From: Chloroflexota bacterium | Lineage (GTDB): Bacteria; Chloroflexota; Limnocylindria; Limnocylindrales; CSP1-4 | Reading direction: 5' to 3' | DNA length: 55,618 nucleotides | NCBI GenBank assembly: GCA_021783595.1 | Contig: JAJXTS010000002.1 | Coordinates: 1-55,618 of the forward strand | Shown: piece after piece, positions 33,000-41,262 of the stretch | Layout of the letters: every line of letters begins with the position of its first letter | Position numbering within the stretch: the first letter of the stretch is position 1 | The notes under the pieces: generated by a model | Database searches by the model: none | Told to the model about the DNA's origin: nothing | What the model saw: the letters and a program-made list of their open reading frames with translations, nothing else | Translations under genes and position numbers: made by a program

Positions 33000-35681
33000 A
33001 TGTACTTCGACGACTTCAAACACCAGTTGCCCGACATCGACGAGGGCGAGACCGAGGAGTGGCTCGCCTCCCTGGACCAGGTCGTCGACCAGGAGGGCGA
33101 GCTCCGCGCCCGCTTCCTGATGTACAAGCTGCTCAAGCGTGCCCGCCAGCGCCAGGTGGGCCTGCCCAGCCTGACGCAGACGCGCTACATCAACACGATC
33201 AGCCCCGAGCAGGAGCCGTACTTCCCCGGCGACGAGGCCCTGGAGCTGCGCATCCGCCGGCTGATCCGCTGGAACGCGGTTGCGATGGTGCTGCGGGCCA
33301 ACACCCGCTTCCCGGGCATCGGCGGGCACATGTCCACCTACGCCTCGGCGGCGACGCTGTACGAGGTGGGGTTCAACCACTTCTTCCGGGGCAAGGACCA
33401 CCCGGGTGGCGGCGACCAGGTGTTCTTCCAGGGCCATGCCGCTCCCGGCATCTACGCCCGCGCGTTCCTGGAGGGCCGCCTGTCCGAGGATGACCTCGAC
33501 CACTACCGGCGCGAGACCGTCGGCCGAGGGCTGTCGTCGTATCCGCACCCGCGCCTGATGCCGGACTTCTGGGAGTTCCCCACGGTCTCGATGGGCCTCG
33601 GCCCGCTGGCGGCGATCTACCAGGCGCGCTTCAACCGCTACCTGCACAACCGCGGCCTGAAGGACACGAGCCAGCAGCGCGTCTGGGCGTACCTGGGCGA
33701 CGGCGAGATGGACGAGCCCGAGGCGATCAGCGGCATCTCGCTGGCGGCTCGCGAGGGCCTCGACAACCTGACCTTCGTGATCAACGCGAACCTCCAGCGG
33801 CTCGACGGGCCGGTCCGCGGCAACGGCAAGGTCATCCAGGAGCTGGAGGGCCTGTTCCGCGGCGCGGGCTGGAACGTGATCAAGGTGATCTGGGGCCGCG
33901 AGTGGGACGAGCTGCTGGCGCGCGACGTGGACGGCGTGCTGGTCGAGAAGATGAACAGCACGCTCGACGGCGAGTTCCAGAAGTACTCCACGTCCACGGG
34001 CCTGTACGTCCGGGAGCACTTCTTCGGGCCGGACCCGCGGCTCCAGCGCCTGGTGGCGCACCTCTCGGATTCGGACATCGAGCACCTGCGCCGCGGCGGC
34101 CACGACTACCGCAAGGTCTACGCCGCGTACCGCGCCGCCACCGAGTTCCGGGGCGCGCCCACGGTGATCATCGCCAAGACGGTCAAGGGCTGGACGCTGG
34201 GCAAGGGCATCGAGTCGCGCAACTACACGCACCAGGCCAAGAAGATGCGCGAGGACGAGCTGCGCGTCTTCCGCGACCGCCTGGAGCTGCCGATCCCAGA
34301 CGAGCAGCTCCACGACTACCCGTACTTCCACCCGGGCTCCGGGTCGCCCGAGGTGGCGTACATGATCGAGCGGCGCGCGACGCTCGGTGGCTCGCTGCCC
34401 CGGCGCGTCGTGCGCGCGGCCGCGCTGCCCGCGCCCGAGCCCGCGGTGGACGCGGAGTTCGAGGCCGGCAGCAGCACCGAGGTGTCCACCACGATGGTGC
34501 TCGCCCGGCTGCTTCGCAACCTCATCCGCGATCCGGGCCTCGGCAAGCGAATCGTGCCCATCGTCCCGGACGAGGCGCGGACGTTCGGCCTCGACCCGCT
34601 GTTCAAGGAGGTGGGCATCTACGCGGCCCACGGCCAGCAGTACACGCCGGTGGACTCGGACCTGATCCTGTCCTACCGCGAGTCGATGGACGGCCAGGTG
34701 CTGGAGGAGGGGATCAACGAGGCGGGCTCGATGGCCAGCCTCCAGGCCGCCGGCACCTCGTACGCCACCCACGGCGTGGCGATGATCCCGTTCTACATCT
34801 TCTACTCGATGTTCGGGTTCCAGCGGACCGGCGACCAGGCATGGGCCTTCGGCGACCAGCGCGGGCGCGGGTTCATGATCGGCGCCACGGCGGGCCGGAC
34901 GACGCTGGCGGGCGAGGGGCTCCAGCATGACGACGGCCACACGCAGGTGCTGGCGTCCACGGTGCCGGTGGTCCGGGCCTACGACCCGGCGTTCGCGTAC
35001 GAGCTGGCCGCGGTGATCCGCGACGGCGTCACGCGCATGTACCGCGACGGCGAGGACGTCTTCTACTACGTCACCGTCTACAACGAGAACTACGCGCAGC
35101 CGCCCAAGCCCGAGGGCGCGGACGCGGGGATCATCCGGGGCCTCTACCGCTTCGCGGCGGCGCCGGAGATCGCGGACGGCGCGAAGGGCCGGGTGCGTCT
35201 CGTGGGCTCCGGCTCGGTCCTGCCCCAGGTCATCGCGGCCCGAGACCTCCTCGCCCAGCGGTTCGGGATTGCCGCGGAGGTCTACTCCGCCACCTCGTTC
35301 CAGCAGCTTCGGCACGAGGCGCTTGGCGCAGACCGCTGGAACCGCCTGCACCCCGACCAGCCCGAGCGCGTGCCGTATGTAGCCCGGGTTCTGGGACCCG
35401 AGGGCGGGCCGATCGTGGCCGCCTCGGACTGGATCCGCACGCTGCCCGACCTGGTGGCGCCGTGGATCCGGGCGCCCTACATCACGCTCGGGACTGACGG
35501 GTACGGCCGCAGCGACACGCGCGAGGCCCTGCGCCGCCACTTCGACGTGGACCCGCCGTCGATCGCGGCCGCGGCGATCTCCGGCCTGGCCCGCAGCGGC
35601 GACTACGACCCGGCCGCGGCCGCCCGGGCGATCCGCGACCTCGGCCTCGACCCGGAGTCGCGGGGCTCGCTGTACGCCTGA
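33000..35681 (+). CDS. aceE: pyruvate dehydrogenase E1 component (homodimeric type)
   Basis: Internal ATG 33000 of ORF 32043..35681. Starts MYFDDFKHQLPDIDEGETEEWLASL... 893 aa, with the ThDP motif GDGEMDEPE...NLQRLDGPVRGN. Confidence 0.93.
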   Translation: MYFDDFKHQLPDIDEGETEEWLASLDQVVDQEGELRARFLMYKLLKRARQRQVGLPSLTQTRYINTISPEQEPYFPGDEALELRIRRLIRWNAVAMVLRANTRFPGIGGHMSTYASAATLYEVGFNHFFRGKDHPGGGDQVFFQGHAAPGIYARAFLEGRLSEDDLDHYRRETVGRGLSSYPHPRLMPDFWEFPTVSMGLGPLAAIYQARFNRYLHNRGLKDTSQQRVWAYLGDGEMDEPEAISGISLAAREGLDNLTFVINANLQRLDGPVRGNGKVIQELEGLFRGAGWNVIKVIWGREWDELLARDVDGVLVEKMNSTLDGEFQKYSTSTGLYVREHFFGPDPRLQRLVAHLSDSDIEHLRRGGHDYRKVYAAYRAATEFRGAPTVIIAKTVKGWTLGKGIESRNYTHQAKKMREDELRVFRDRLELPIPDEQLHDYPYFHPGSGSPEVAYMIERRATLGGSLPRRVVRAAALPAPEPAVDAEFEAGSSTEVSTTMVLARLLRNLIRDPGLGKRIVPIVPDEARTFGLDPLFKEVGIYAAHGQQYTPVDSDLILSYRESMDGQVLEEGINEAGSMASLQAAGTSYATHGVAMIPFYIFYSMFGFQRTGDQAWAFGDQRGRGFMIGATAGRTTLAGEGLQHDDGHTQVLASTVPVVRAYDPAFAYELAAVIRDGVTRMYRDGEDVFYYVTVYNENYAQPPKPEGADAGIIRGLYRFAAAPEIADGAKGRVRLVGSGSVLPQVIAARDLLAQRFGIAAEVYSATSFQQLRHEALGADRWNRLHPDQPERVPYVARVLGPEGGPIVAASDWIRTLPDLVAPWIRAPYITLGTDGYGRSDTREALRRHFDVDPPSIAAAAISGLARSGDYDPAAAARAIRDLGLDPESRGSLYA

Positions 35682-35762
35682 GCGGCTGCCCGGGGAATCG
35701 TCGCGCCGCACGACTCGCGAGGGGAACCGGGCCGTGCGGCGCGACATGCGCGACCCGGCCCC

Positions 35763-35824
35763 GTCACAGGCCCGATCGCCGGGACATGCACCGCCACGGT
35801 ACGACCCCGACGCGGGCCTGTGAC
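35763..35824. repeat. 12-bp perfect inverted repeat (GTCACAGGCCCG...CGGGCCTGTGAC) with a 38-nt loop
   Basis: Arms at 35763-35774 and 35813-35824, ~80 nt downstream of the aceE stop. No U-tract follows. Confidence 0.6.
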
Positions 35825-35937
35825 CTCCGGCCGTCGCGGTCCCCGTTACAGCCGCGTGTCAATCGACCGCGGCCCGGACCGTGCCGGGGTGGCACCGCCC
35901 GCGGGAGCCCGGGCCGGGACGCCCGGGCCGGGACGCC

Positions 35938-35966
35938 TTGACGACCGCCGCGACCTTGCCTAGCAT
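35938..35966 (+). promoter_or_regulatory. candidate promoter of the iron permease gene (TTGACG-17-TAGCAT)
   Basis: TTGACG at 35938-35943 and TAGCAT at 35961-35966, ~65 nt upstream of the TTG start at 36033. Confidence 0.45.
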
Positions 35967-36032
35967 CCCGCGGTCGCGCTCCTCCGACACCGGATCGGTC
36001 TGCCAGTCGCGTCCCCGCTGGGAGTCACCGCC

Positions 36033-36902
36033 TTGGATATAGGGTTGCTCACGTCCGGTCTGGTGACCGGCCTCCGCGAGGGCGTGGAGGCCGCGCTCAT
36101 CGTCTCGATCATCCTCTCGTACCTCGCCCGGACCGGGAACCGGTCAGCCTTCGGCCGGGTCTGGCTGGGCGTGGCCAGCGCAGGCGCCGCGAGCCTCGTC
36201 ACCGGCCTCGCCCTGTTCGTCACGGTGGGGGAGCTGCCGCCGCCGTACGAGCAGGCGTTCGAGGCGGCCGCGATGCTGCTCGCCTGCGCCGTGGTCACCT
36301 GGATGCTGTTCTGGATGCGCCGCACCGCGTCGGGCATCCGTGACGATCTCCACCAGGCGCTCGGGCGCGCCCTGGCCGACGGGTCGGCGAACGGCCTGGC
36401 GGCGCTCGCGTTCGTCGCGGTGATCCGCGAGGGCCTCGAGTCGGCGCTGTTCCTGGCGGGGCAGGCGGCGTCCGCGCGGGCCGGCGCCGAGTGGGTGCTC
36501 GCCGGGGCGCTGCTCGGTCTCGCGCTGGCGGGTGCGCTCGGCCTGGCGATGTACCGCGGCGCGGCGCGGGTCAACCTGGCGCGGTTCTTCCGCTGGACGG
36601 GGATCGCGCTCGTGCTCATCGCGGCCGGCCTGCTCGCCTCGGCCCTGCACGAGCTCGTGGAGATCGGCTGGGTCGGGGTGGGGACGGCGACCGTGTTCGA
36701 CCTGAGCCGCGTCCTCCCGATCGAGGCGGCGGCCGGCGCGCCGGTGGGCCCCGGGCTCGTGGCCGGCCAGCTCCTGCGCGCGCTGCTCGGCTACACCGAC
36801 CGCCCGGAGGCGGTCATGGTGTCGGCGTGGGCGGTGTACCTGGCGGTGGTGCTGCGGCTGTACCTGCGGCCTGCCGGCCGGCGCTCACCCGCCGTCGCGT
36901 AG
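36033..36902 (+). CDS. efeU: FTR1/EfeU-family high-affinity iron permease
   Basis: 289-aa multi-TM ORF with two REGxE motifs (GLREGVEAAL and VIREGLESAL). TTG start with a GGGAG ribosome-binding site. Confidence 0.82.
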   Translation: MDIGLLTSGLVTGLREGVEAALIVSIILSYLARTGNRSAFGRVWLGVASAGAASLVTGLALFVTVGELPPPYEQAFEAAAMLLACAVVTWMLFWMRRTASGIRDDLHQALGRALADGSANGLAALAFVAVIREGLESALFLAGQAASARAGAEWVLAGALLGLALAGALGLAMYRGAARVNLARFFRWTGIALVLIAAGLLASALHELVEIGWVGVGTATVFDLSRVLPIEAAAGAPVGPGLVAGQLLRALLGYTDRPEAVMVSAWAVYLAVVLRLYLRPAGRRSPAVA

Positions 36903-37604
36903 CCGCTCCACGCGCGCCGCGAACGCCTCGGCGCGCAGCGCGCTCGTGCCGTCCTCGTCGTGGCGGAACATGACGTACGCGTCGAGGCCGTCGTCGAGGA
37001 ACGGGACGAGGCGGCGCGCCCACGCGTCCAGCGCGCCGTCGTCGTCGTCCCGCCGGCGCAGCCGCAGGTACAGGAACGGACCCGTGCGCCGGATGTCGGG
37101 CGGGGCCTCCTGGTCGTCGCGGTCCGTGGCGCACAGCACCGCGCCGGCATCGCGCAGCGCGGCGAACGTCTCGTCCACGTGCCAGGACGCGTCCTGCGCC
37201 TCCACCACGAGCGGCACCGCGGCCGGCCAGGCGGCGAGCACCGCGGCCAGCCGGGCGTCGTCGCGGGGCACCTCGCGCGGGATGCGGAACAGCACCGCGC
37301 CGAGTCGGTCGCCCAGCGCGGGGAGGTGCTCGGTCAGCCAGGCCACGGACGCCGGGGGATCAGCGCGCAGCGCCCGCAGCGTGCCGCCCCGCTGGGCCTT
37401 GACGACGAAACGGAACCCGTCCGGGACCGCGCCGGCCCAGGCGCCCAGACGCTCCGCCGTGGGCCGGGCGTAGAAGGTGCCGTTGAGCTCGCAGGCCGGG
37501 AGGCGGGTCCCGTAGTGGGCGAGGTAGTCGCGCGACCGGAGGCCTGCGGGGTAAAAGCGAGGCGACCAGCCCGCGTACGCGAAGCCGCTGGTCCCCGCCA
37601 GCAC
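36885..37604 (-). CDS. DUF72 family protein
   Basis: 239 aa, starting MLAGTSGFAYAGWSPRFYP...ELNGTFYA...FRFVVKA, typical of DUF72. Its 3' end overlaps efeU convergently by 18 bp. Confidence 0.85.
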   Translation of the reverse strand: MLAGTSGFAYAGWSPRFYPAGLRSRDYLAHYGTRLPACELNGTFYARPTAERLGAWAGAVPDGFRFVVKAQRGGTLRALRADPPASVAWLTEHLPALGDRLGAVLFRIPREVPRDDARLAAVLAAWPAAVPLVVEAQDASWHVDETFAALRDAGAVLCATDRDDQEAPPDIRRTGPFLYLRLRRRDDDDGALDAWARRLVPFLDDGLDAYVMFRHDEDGTSALRAEAFAARVERLRDGG

Positions 37605-37630
37605 GCGCCCGCGGGCCCTCGGGTCGCCCG

Positions 37631-38167
37631 TCAGGCGTCTGCCATGCTGGGGCAGGCGCCGTCCTCGCCGAGCCTGCCGACAAGGCCGTCCGACACGCGC
37701 TGGAGCGCCTGCTCGATCACGTCCTGCTCGTCCGCCGACACCACGTCCAGGAAGAAGCGGCGCACGCCGTCGAGGTGGGTACGCGACGCGGTGCGCAGCC
37801 GGTTGACGCCCTGCGCGGTGATCACGGCCATGGAGCCGCGCGCGTCGCTGGAGCAGGGGTATCGCTGCACCATGCCGTCGGCGACCAGCCGGTCCACCAG
37901 TCGCGTGATGCCGCTGCGCGAGAGCAGGACCCGGTCCGCGAGCACGCTCATCCGCAGCCGGCGGTCAGGGGCGGCGGCCAGCTGCAGCAACGCGTCGTAC
38001 TCGGCCAGCGACAGGCCGTGGGCAGCCTGGAGTTCCTCGTCCAGGCGGTGGAGGAGGCGAGCGTGCGTCTGCAGGAAGGCACGCCACGCGCCCAGCTGCG
38101 AATCGTCCGGCGCCGCGCGTCGGGCGGGCGCCGCGGCCTCGGTTGGGGTGGTGGTCTGGGACGTCAT
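37631..38167 (-). CDS. MarR family transcriptional regulator
   Basis: 178 aa with the winged-helix region LSLAEYDALLQLAAAPDRRLRMSVLADRVLLSRSGITRLVDRLVADGMV. Confidence 0.88.
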   Translation of the reverse strand: MTSQTTTPTEAAAPARRAAPDDSQLGAWRAFLQTHARLLHRLDEELQAAHGLSLAEYDALLQLAAAPDRRLRMSVLADRVLLSRSGITRLVDRLVADGMVQRYPCSSDARGSMAVITAQGVNRLRTASRTHLDGVRRFFLDVVSADEQDVIEQALQRVSDGLVGRLGEDGACPSMADA

Positions 38168-38196
38168 GGCACGTACGGTACACCAGCGAGCTCATG

Positions 38197-38240
38197 GTTG
38201 ACAATGCAACTAGATGCGGATATGGTTGCAACGTCAAACA
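38197..38240. promoter_or_regulatory. ~42-bp imperfect palindrome holding face-to-face divergent promoters; likely MarR operator
   Basis: Sequence: GTTGACAATGCAACTAGATGCGGATATGGTTGCAACGTCAAAC. Plus strand: TTGACA (38198-203), 17-nt spacer, TATGGT (38221-226). Minus strand: TTGACG (38237-232), 17-nt spacer, TCTAGT (38214-209). It is an AT-rich island in a GC-rich genome. Confidence 0.55.
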
Positions 38241-38281
38241 ACGACAGCGGCGTCCAAGCCGCACAGGAGACCTCCTTCGCC

Positions 38282-38818
38282 ATGGCCGCCCGCACCTTCA
38301 ACCTCGACGCCACCCACAGTGACGTCGCCTTCTCCACCAAGCACATGATGGTCACCACCGTCCGCGGCAAGTTCAACGTGGCGGCCGGCTCGATCGAGAT
38401 CGACGCCGACGACCTCACCTCGTCGCACGGCGCCTTCACGGTCGAGACCGCGTCCATCGACACCGGCGTGGACCAGCGCGACGGCCACCTCCGCTCGGCG
38501 GACTTCTTCGACGCCGACAACTTCCCGACGATGAAGTTCGCATCGACCAAGGTCGTGGCCAAGGGTGGCGACGACTACGCGGTGACGGGCGACCTCACCA
38601 TCAAGAGCGTCACCCGCCCGGTGACCTTCGACGTCGAGTTCCTCGGGTTCTACAAGTCGATGGCGGGCGCCAGCCGGGCCGGCTTCCACGCCACCTCCAA
38701 GATCAACCGCGAGGACTTCGGCCTGACCTGGAACGTGGCCATGGAGACCGGCGGCTGGCTCGTCGGCAAGGACATCAAGATCGAGATCGACTTGGCCGTC
38801 GAGGAGGCCGCCGCCTGA
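38282..38818 (+). CDS. YceI family periplasmic/lipid-binding protein
   Basis: C-terminal 178 aa of ORF 37775..38818. Contains HSDVAFSTKHMMVTTVRGKF, QRDGHLRSADFFDA and TIKSVTRPVTF. I chose ATG 38282 because it lies downstream of the predicted promoter and has an AGGAG site upstream. Confidence 0.85.
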   Translation: MAARTFNLDATHSDVAFSTKHMMVTTVRGKFNVAAGSIEIDADDLTSSHGAFTVETASIDTGVDQRDGHLRSADFFDADNFPTMKFASTKVVAKGGDDYAVTGDLTIKSVTRPVTFDVEFLGFYKSMAGASRAGFHATSKINREDFGLTWNVAMETGGWLVGKDIKIEIDLAVEEAAA

Positions 38819-38905
38819 AACGGCTGCCCCGCCGCCCCCTGGCGGGCCAGCCCCATGCCGCGACCCTGACCGCCGCCCCCGGCGGGCAGGCGCCAGCAGC
38901 GTCCC

Positions 38906-38941
38906 AGAGCGCCCCGGCACCGTCCCGTGCCGGGGCGCTCT
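38906..38941 (+). terminator. strong hairpin downstream of yceI (15-bp perfect stem, 6-nt loop)
   Basis: AGAGCGCCCCGGCAC-cgtccc-GTGCCGGGGCGCTCT, followed by ctctgtg (a weak U-tract). Confidence 0.55.
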
Positions 38942-39040
38942 CTCTGTGCCCGGGCCCGCGCCGGGCCGACCTCGGCCCCCATCCCGACCCGGCTCGCGCT
39001 AGGATCGGGCCCGAGACCCGCCACCCGAGGTGCCCAGCCG

Positions 39041-40303
39041 ATGCCCGCCTTCGACGCCGCCGCCCTCCGCACGCGCTTCCCCGCGCTCTCGATCGAGCAG
39101 GACGGCCGGCCCGTCGCGCTGTTCGACGGCCCGGGCGGGACGCAGGTCCCGGACGCCGTGATCGAGGCTGTGTCCCGCTACTACCGCGAGTCCAACGCCA
39201 ACCACGAGGGCACGTTCCTCACCTCTCGGCGCAGCGACGCGATTGTGGCCGACGCCCACGCCGCCCTGGCCGACCTCCTGAACGCGGGGGACCCCGAGGA
39301 GATCAAGCTCGGGGCGAACATGACCACCCTCACCATGCACGTGGCTCGCTCGGTGACCGCGGCGCTGGCGCCCGGCGACGAGATCGTGGTGTCCGGGCTG
39401 GACCACGAGGCCAACGTGGGGCCGTGGCGCTCGGCGGCGGCCGACCGGGGCGTCACCGTCCGCACGGTGCCGATCCGCCCCGACGACGTGACGCTCGACA
39501 TCGAGGCGTTCGACAAGCTCCTGCACGGACGCCCGAAGCTGGTGGCGTTCGGCTGGGCGTCCAACGCGTTCGGCACCATCAACCCGGTGGCCGAGCTGGT
39601 CCGCCGGGCCCACGAGGCGGGCGCGCTGACCTACGTGGACGCGGTCCACGCGGCACCGCACCTGCCCATCGACGTGCAGGCCGTGGGGACCGACTTCCTG
39701 GCGTGCTCCGCGTACAAGTTCTTCGGCCCGCACGTGGGCGTGCTGTACGGTCGCCGCGACGCGCTCGAGGCGTTGCCGACGTACAAGCTGCGGGTCGCGC
39801 ACGACCGGTTCGAGACCGGGACGGGCAACTTCGAGGGGCACGCGGGCGCCCGCGCTGCCGTCGAGTACATCGCCGAGGTGGGCCGCGCCTACGGGGCGCC
39901 GTTCGCCGAGGGATTCGCGCACCTGGCGGCCGGGCGCCGCCGCGATGCGCATGCGGGCATGGCGGCCATCCGCGCCTACGAGCTCGGGCTGTTCGGGCGT
40001 CTGCTCGACGGTCTCGAGGCGATCCCCGGCGTGCGCGTCTGGGGCATCACGGACCGGGCGCGCATGGCGGAGCGCACGCCGACCGCTGCGATCACCTTCG
40101 CCCGGACCACGCCCGAGGCCGCGGCCACGACGCTCGGGGACCGGGGGATCGCCACCTGGTGGGGCGACTTCTACGCGGCGGGCCCGGTCGAGGCCCTGGG
40201 GCTGGAGCCGCAGGGCGTCCTGCGGATCGGCCTCACGCACTACAACACGGCCGACGAGGTGGACCGCCTGCTGGGCGAGCTGCGCGAGATCGCCGCGGGC
40301 TGA
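39041..40303 (+). CDS. class-V PLP-dependent enzyme (cysteine-desulfurase-like family)
   Basis: Internal ATG 39041 of ORF 38927..40303. Contains FDGPGGTQVP, VDAVHAAPH and the SAYKFFGPHVG PLP-lysine motif. 420 aa. Confidence 0.85.
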   Translation: MPAFDAAALRTRFPALSIEQDGRPVALFDGPGGTQVPDAVIEAVSRYYRESNANHEGTFLTSRRSDAIVADAHAALADLLNAGDPEEIKLGANMTTLTMHVARSVTAALAPGDEIVVSGLDHEANVGPWRSAAADRGVTVRTVPIRPDDVTLDIEAFDKLLHGRPKLVAFGWASNAFGTINPVAELVRRAHEAGALTYVDAVHAAPHLPIDVQAVGTDFLACSAYKFFGPHVGVLYGRRDALEALPTYKLRVAHDRFETGTGNFEGHAGARAAVEYIAEVGRAYGAPFAEGFAHLAAGRRRDAHAGMAAIRAYELGLFGRLLDGLEAIPGVRVWGITDRARMAERTPTAAITFARTTPEAAATTLGDRGIATWWGDFYAAGPVEALGLEPQGVLRIGLTHYNTADEVDRLLGELREIAAG

Positions 40304-40390
40304 CGGGGGCGCCGCGGACCGTCCGCGCGCGTCGGCCCGCGCTCCGGTCACGCGATGCCGCCTGCCGCGGCGGCCGCGTATCCTGCCGCC

Positions 40391-41257
40391 ATGACGACGC
40401 CCGCTCGCGCCTTCGGCGCCCAGTCCATGACCGCACCGCTCCGCGAGGTTCTCGTGAAGGCCCCGGGGCCGGCGTTCGGCCGCGCCTTCGACGACCCTGC
40501 GGTGGGGTTCCTGCGCCCGGTGGACCTCGACGGTGCCCGACGCGAGCACGACGGCCTCGTCGAGGCGCTGGGCCGCCTCGGCGTGCGGGTGCACGAGCTG
40601 GGCGCGGAGACCGACGATCCCGACCTCGTCTACGTGTTCGACCCGATGGTCGTCGCCGACGGCGGCGCCATCCCCCTGGCGCCGGGCAAGCCGAACCGCC
40701 GGGGCGAGCCCGCGGTCCTGGAGGCCTGGACGACGGCTCGCGGCATCCCGACCCTGGGCCGGATCACCGGGCGCGGCACGGTGGAGGGCGGCGACACCTT
40801 CTGGCTCCGGCCGGACCTGCTGGTGGTCGGGCGGACGCTGCGCACCAACGACGAGGGGGCCCGCCAGCTCGCGGCCATCGTGGGCGGCGACGCGCGCATC
40901 TTCGACGTGCCCTACTGGAGGGGCCCGGCGGAGCTCGTGCACCTGCTGTCGGTGATCTCGCCCGTTGCGGAGGACGCCGCGGTCGTGTTCCTGCCGCTCC
41001 TGCCCGCCGGGCTGTACGAACTGCTCGGCGACCTCGGCGTCCGCCTGATCGAGGTGCCGGAGGAGGAGTACCCGACGCTCGGCTGCAACGTGCTCGCGGT
41101 GCGCCCGGGCGTCGTGGTGGTGGCGGACGGCAACCCCGTCACGCGTCGGCGCATGGAGGCGGCCGGGGTCGAGGTCCACGCCGTGCCGCTGCGCGAGGTG
41201 GGCGAGAACGGGTCGGGCGGCGTGACCTGCCTGACGCGGCCGCTGCTCCGGGGGTGA
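40391..41257 (+). CDS. amidinotransferase-fold enzyme (DDAH / arginine-deiminase-like guanidino-group-modifying superfamily)
   Basis: 288 aa from ATG 40391. Contains VYVFDP, GTVEGGDTFWL, LVHLLSVISPV and the C-terminal catalytic-Cys motif GSGGVTCLTRPL. Confidence 0.78.
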   Translation: MTTPARAFGAQSMTAPLREVLVKAPGPAFGRAFDDPAVGFLRPVDLDGARREHDGLVEALGRLGVRVHELGAETDDPDLVYVFDPMVVADGGAIPLAPGKPNRRGEPAVLEAWTTARGIPTLGRITGRGTVEGGDTFWLRPDLLVVGRTLRTNDEGARQLAAIVGGDARIFDVPYWRGPAELVHLLSVISPVAEDAAVVFLPLLPAGLYELLGDLGVRLIEVPEEEYPTLGCNVLAVRPGVVVVADGNPVTRRRMEAAGVEVHAVPLREVGENGSGGVTCLTRPLLRG

Positions 41258-41262
41258 CGCGC

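Noticed and set aside
32286-35747. 1153-aa minus-strand ORF, and the 957-nt N-terminal extension (32043..32999) of the aceE ORF
   Set aside because: The ORF is antisense to aceE and low-complexity Arg/Gly/Pro-rich. The aceE extension upstream of ATG 33000 is likewise Arg/Ser/Pro-rich with no homology-like features. AceE-type proteins begin at the MYFDDFK... region.
38999-41179. 726-aa minus-strand ORF, and the first ~610 aa of the 1038-aa plus-strand ORF 39424..42540
   Set aside because: The minus-strand ORF is antisense to the class-V PLP and amidinotransferase genes. The plus-strand ORF is out of frame with them. Only the final 425 aa of the 1038-aa ORF (from ATG 41263) show M20 motifs. 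The rest is Arg/Gly/Pro repeats.
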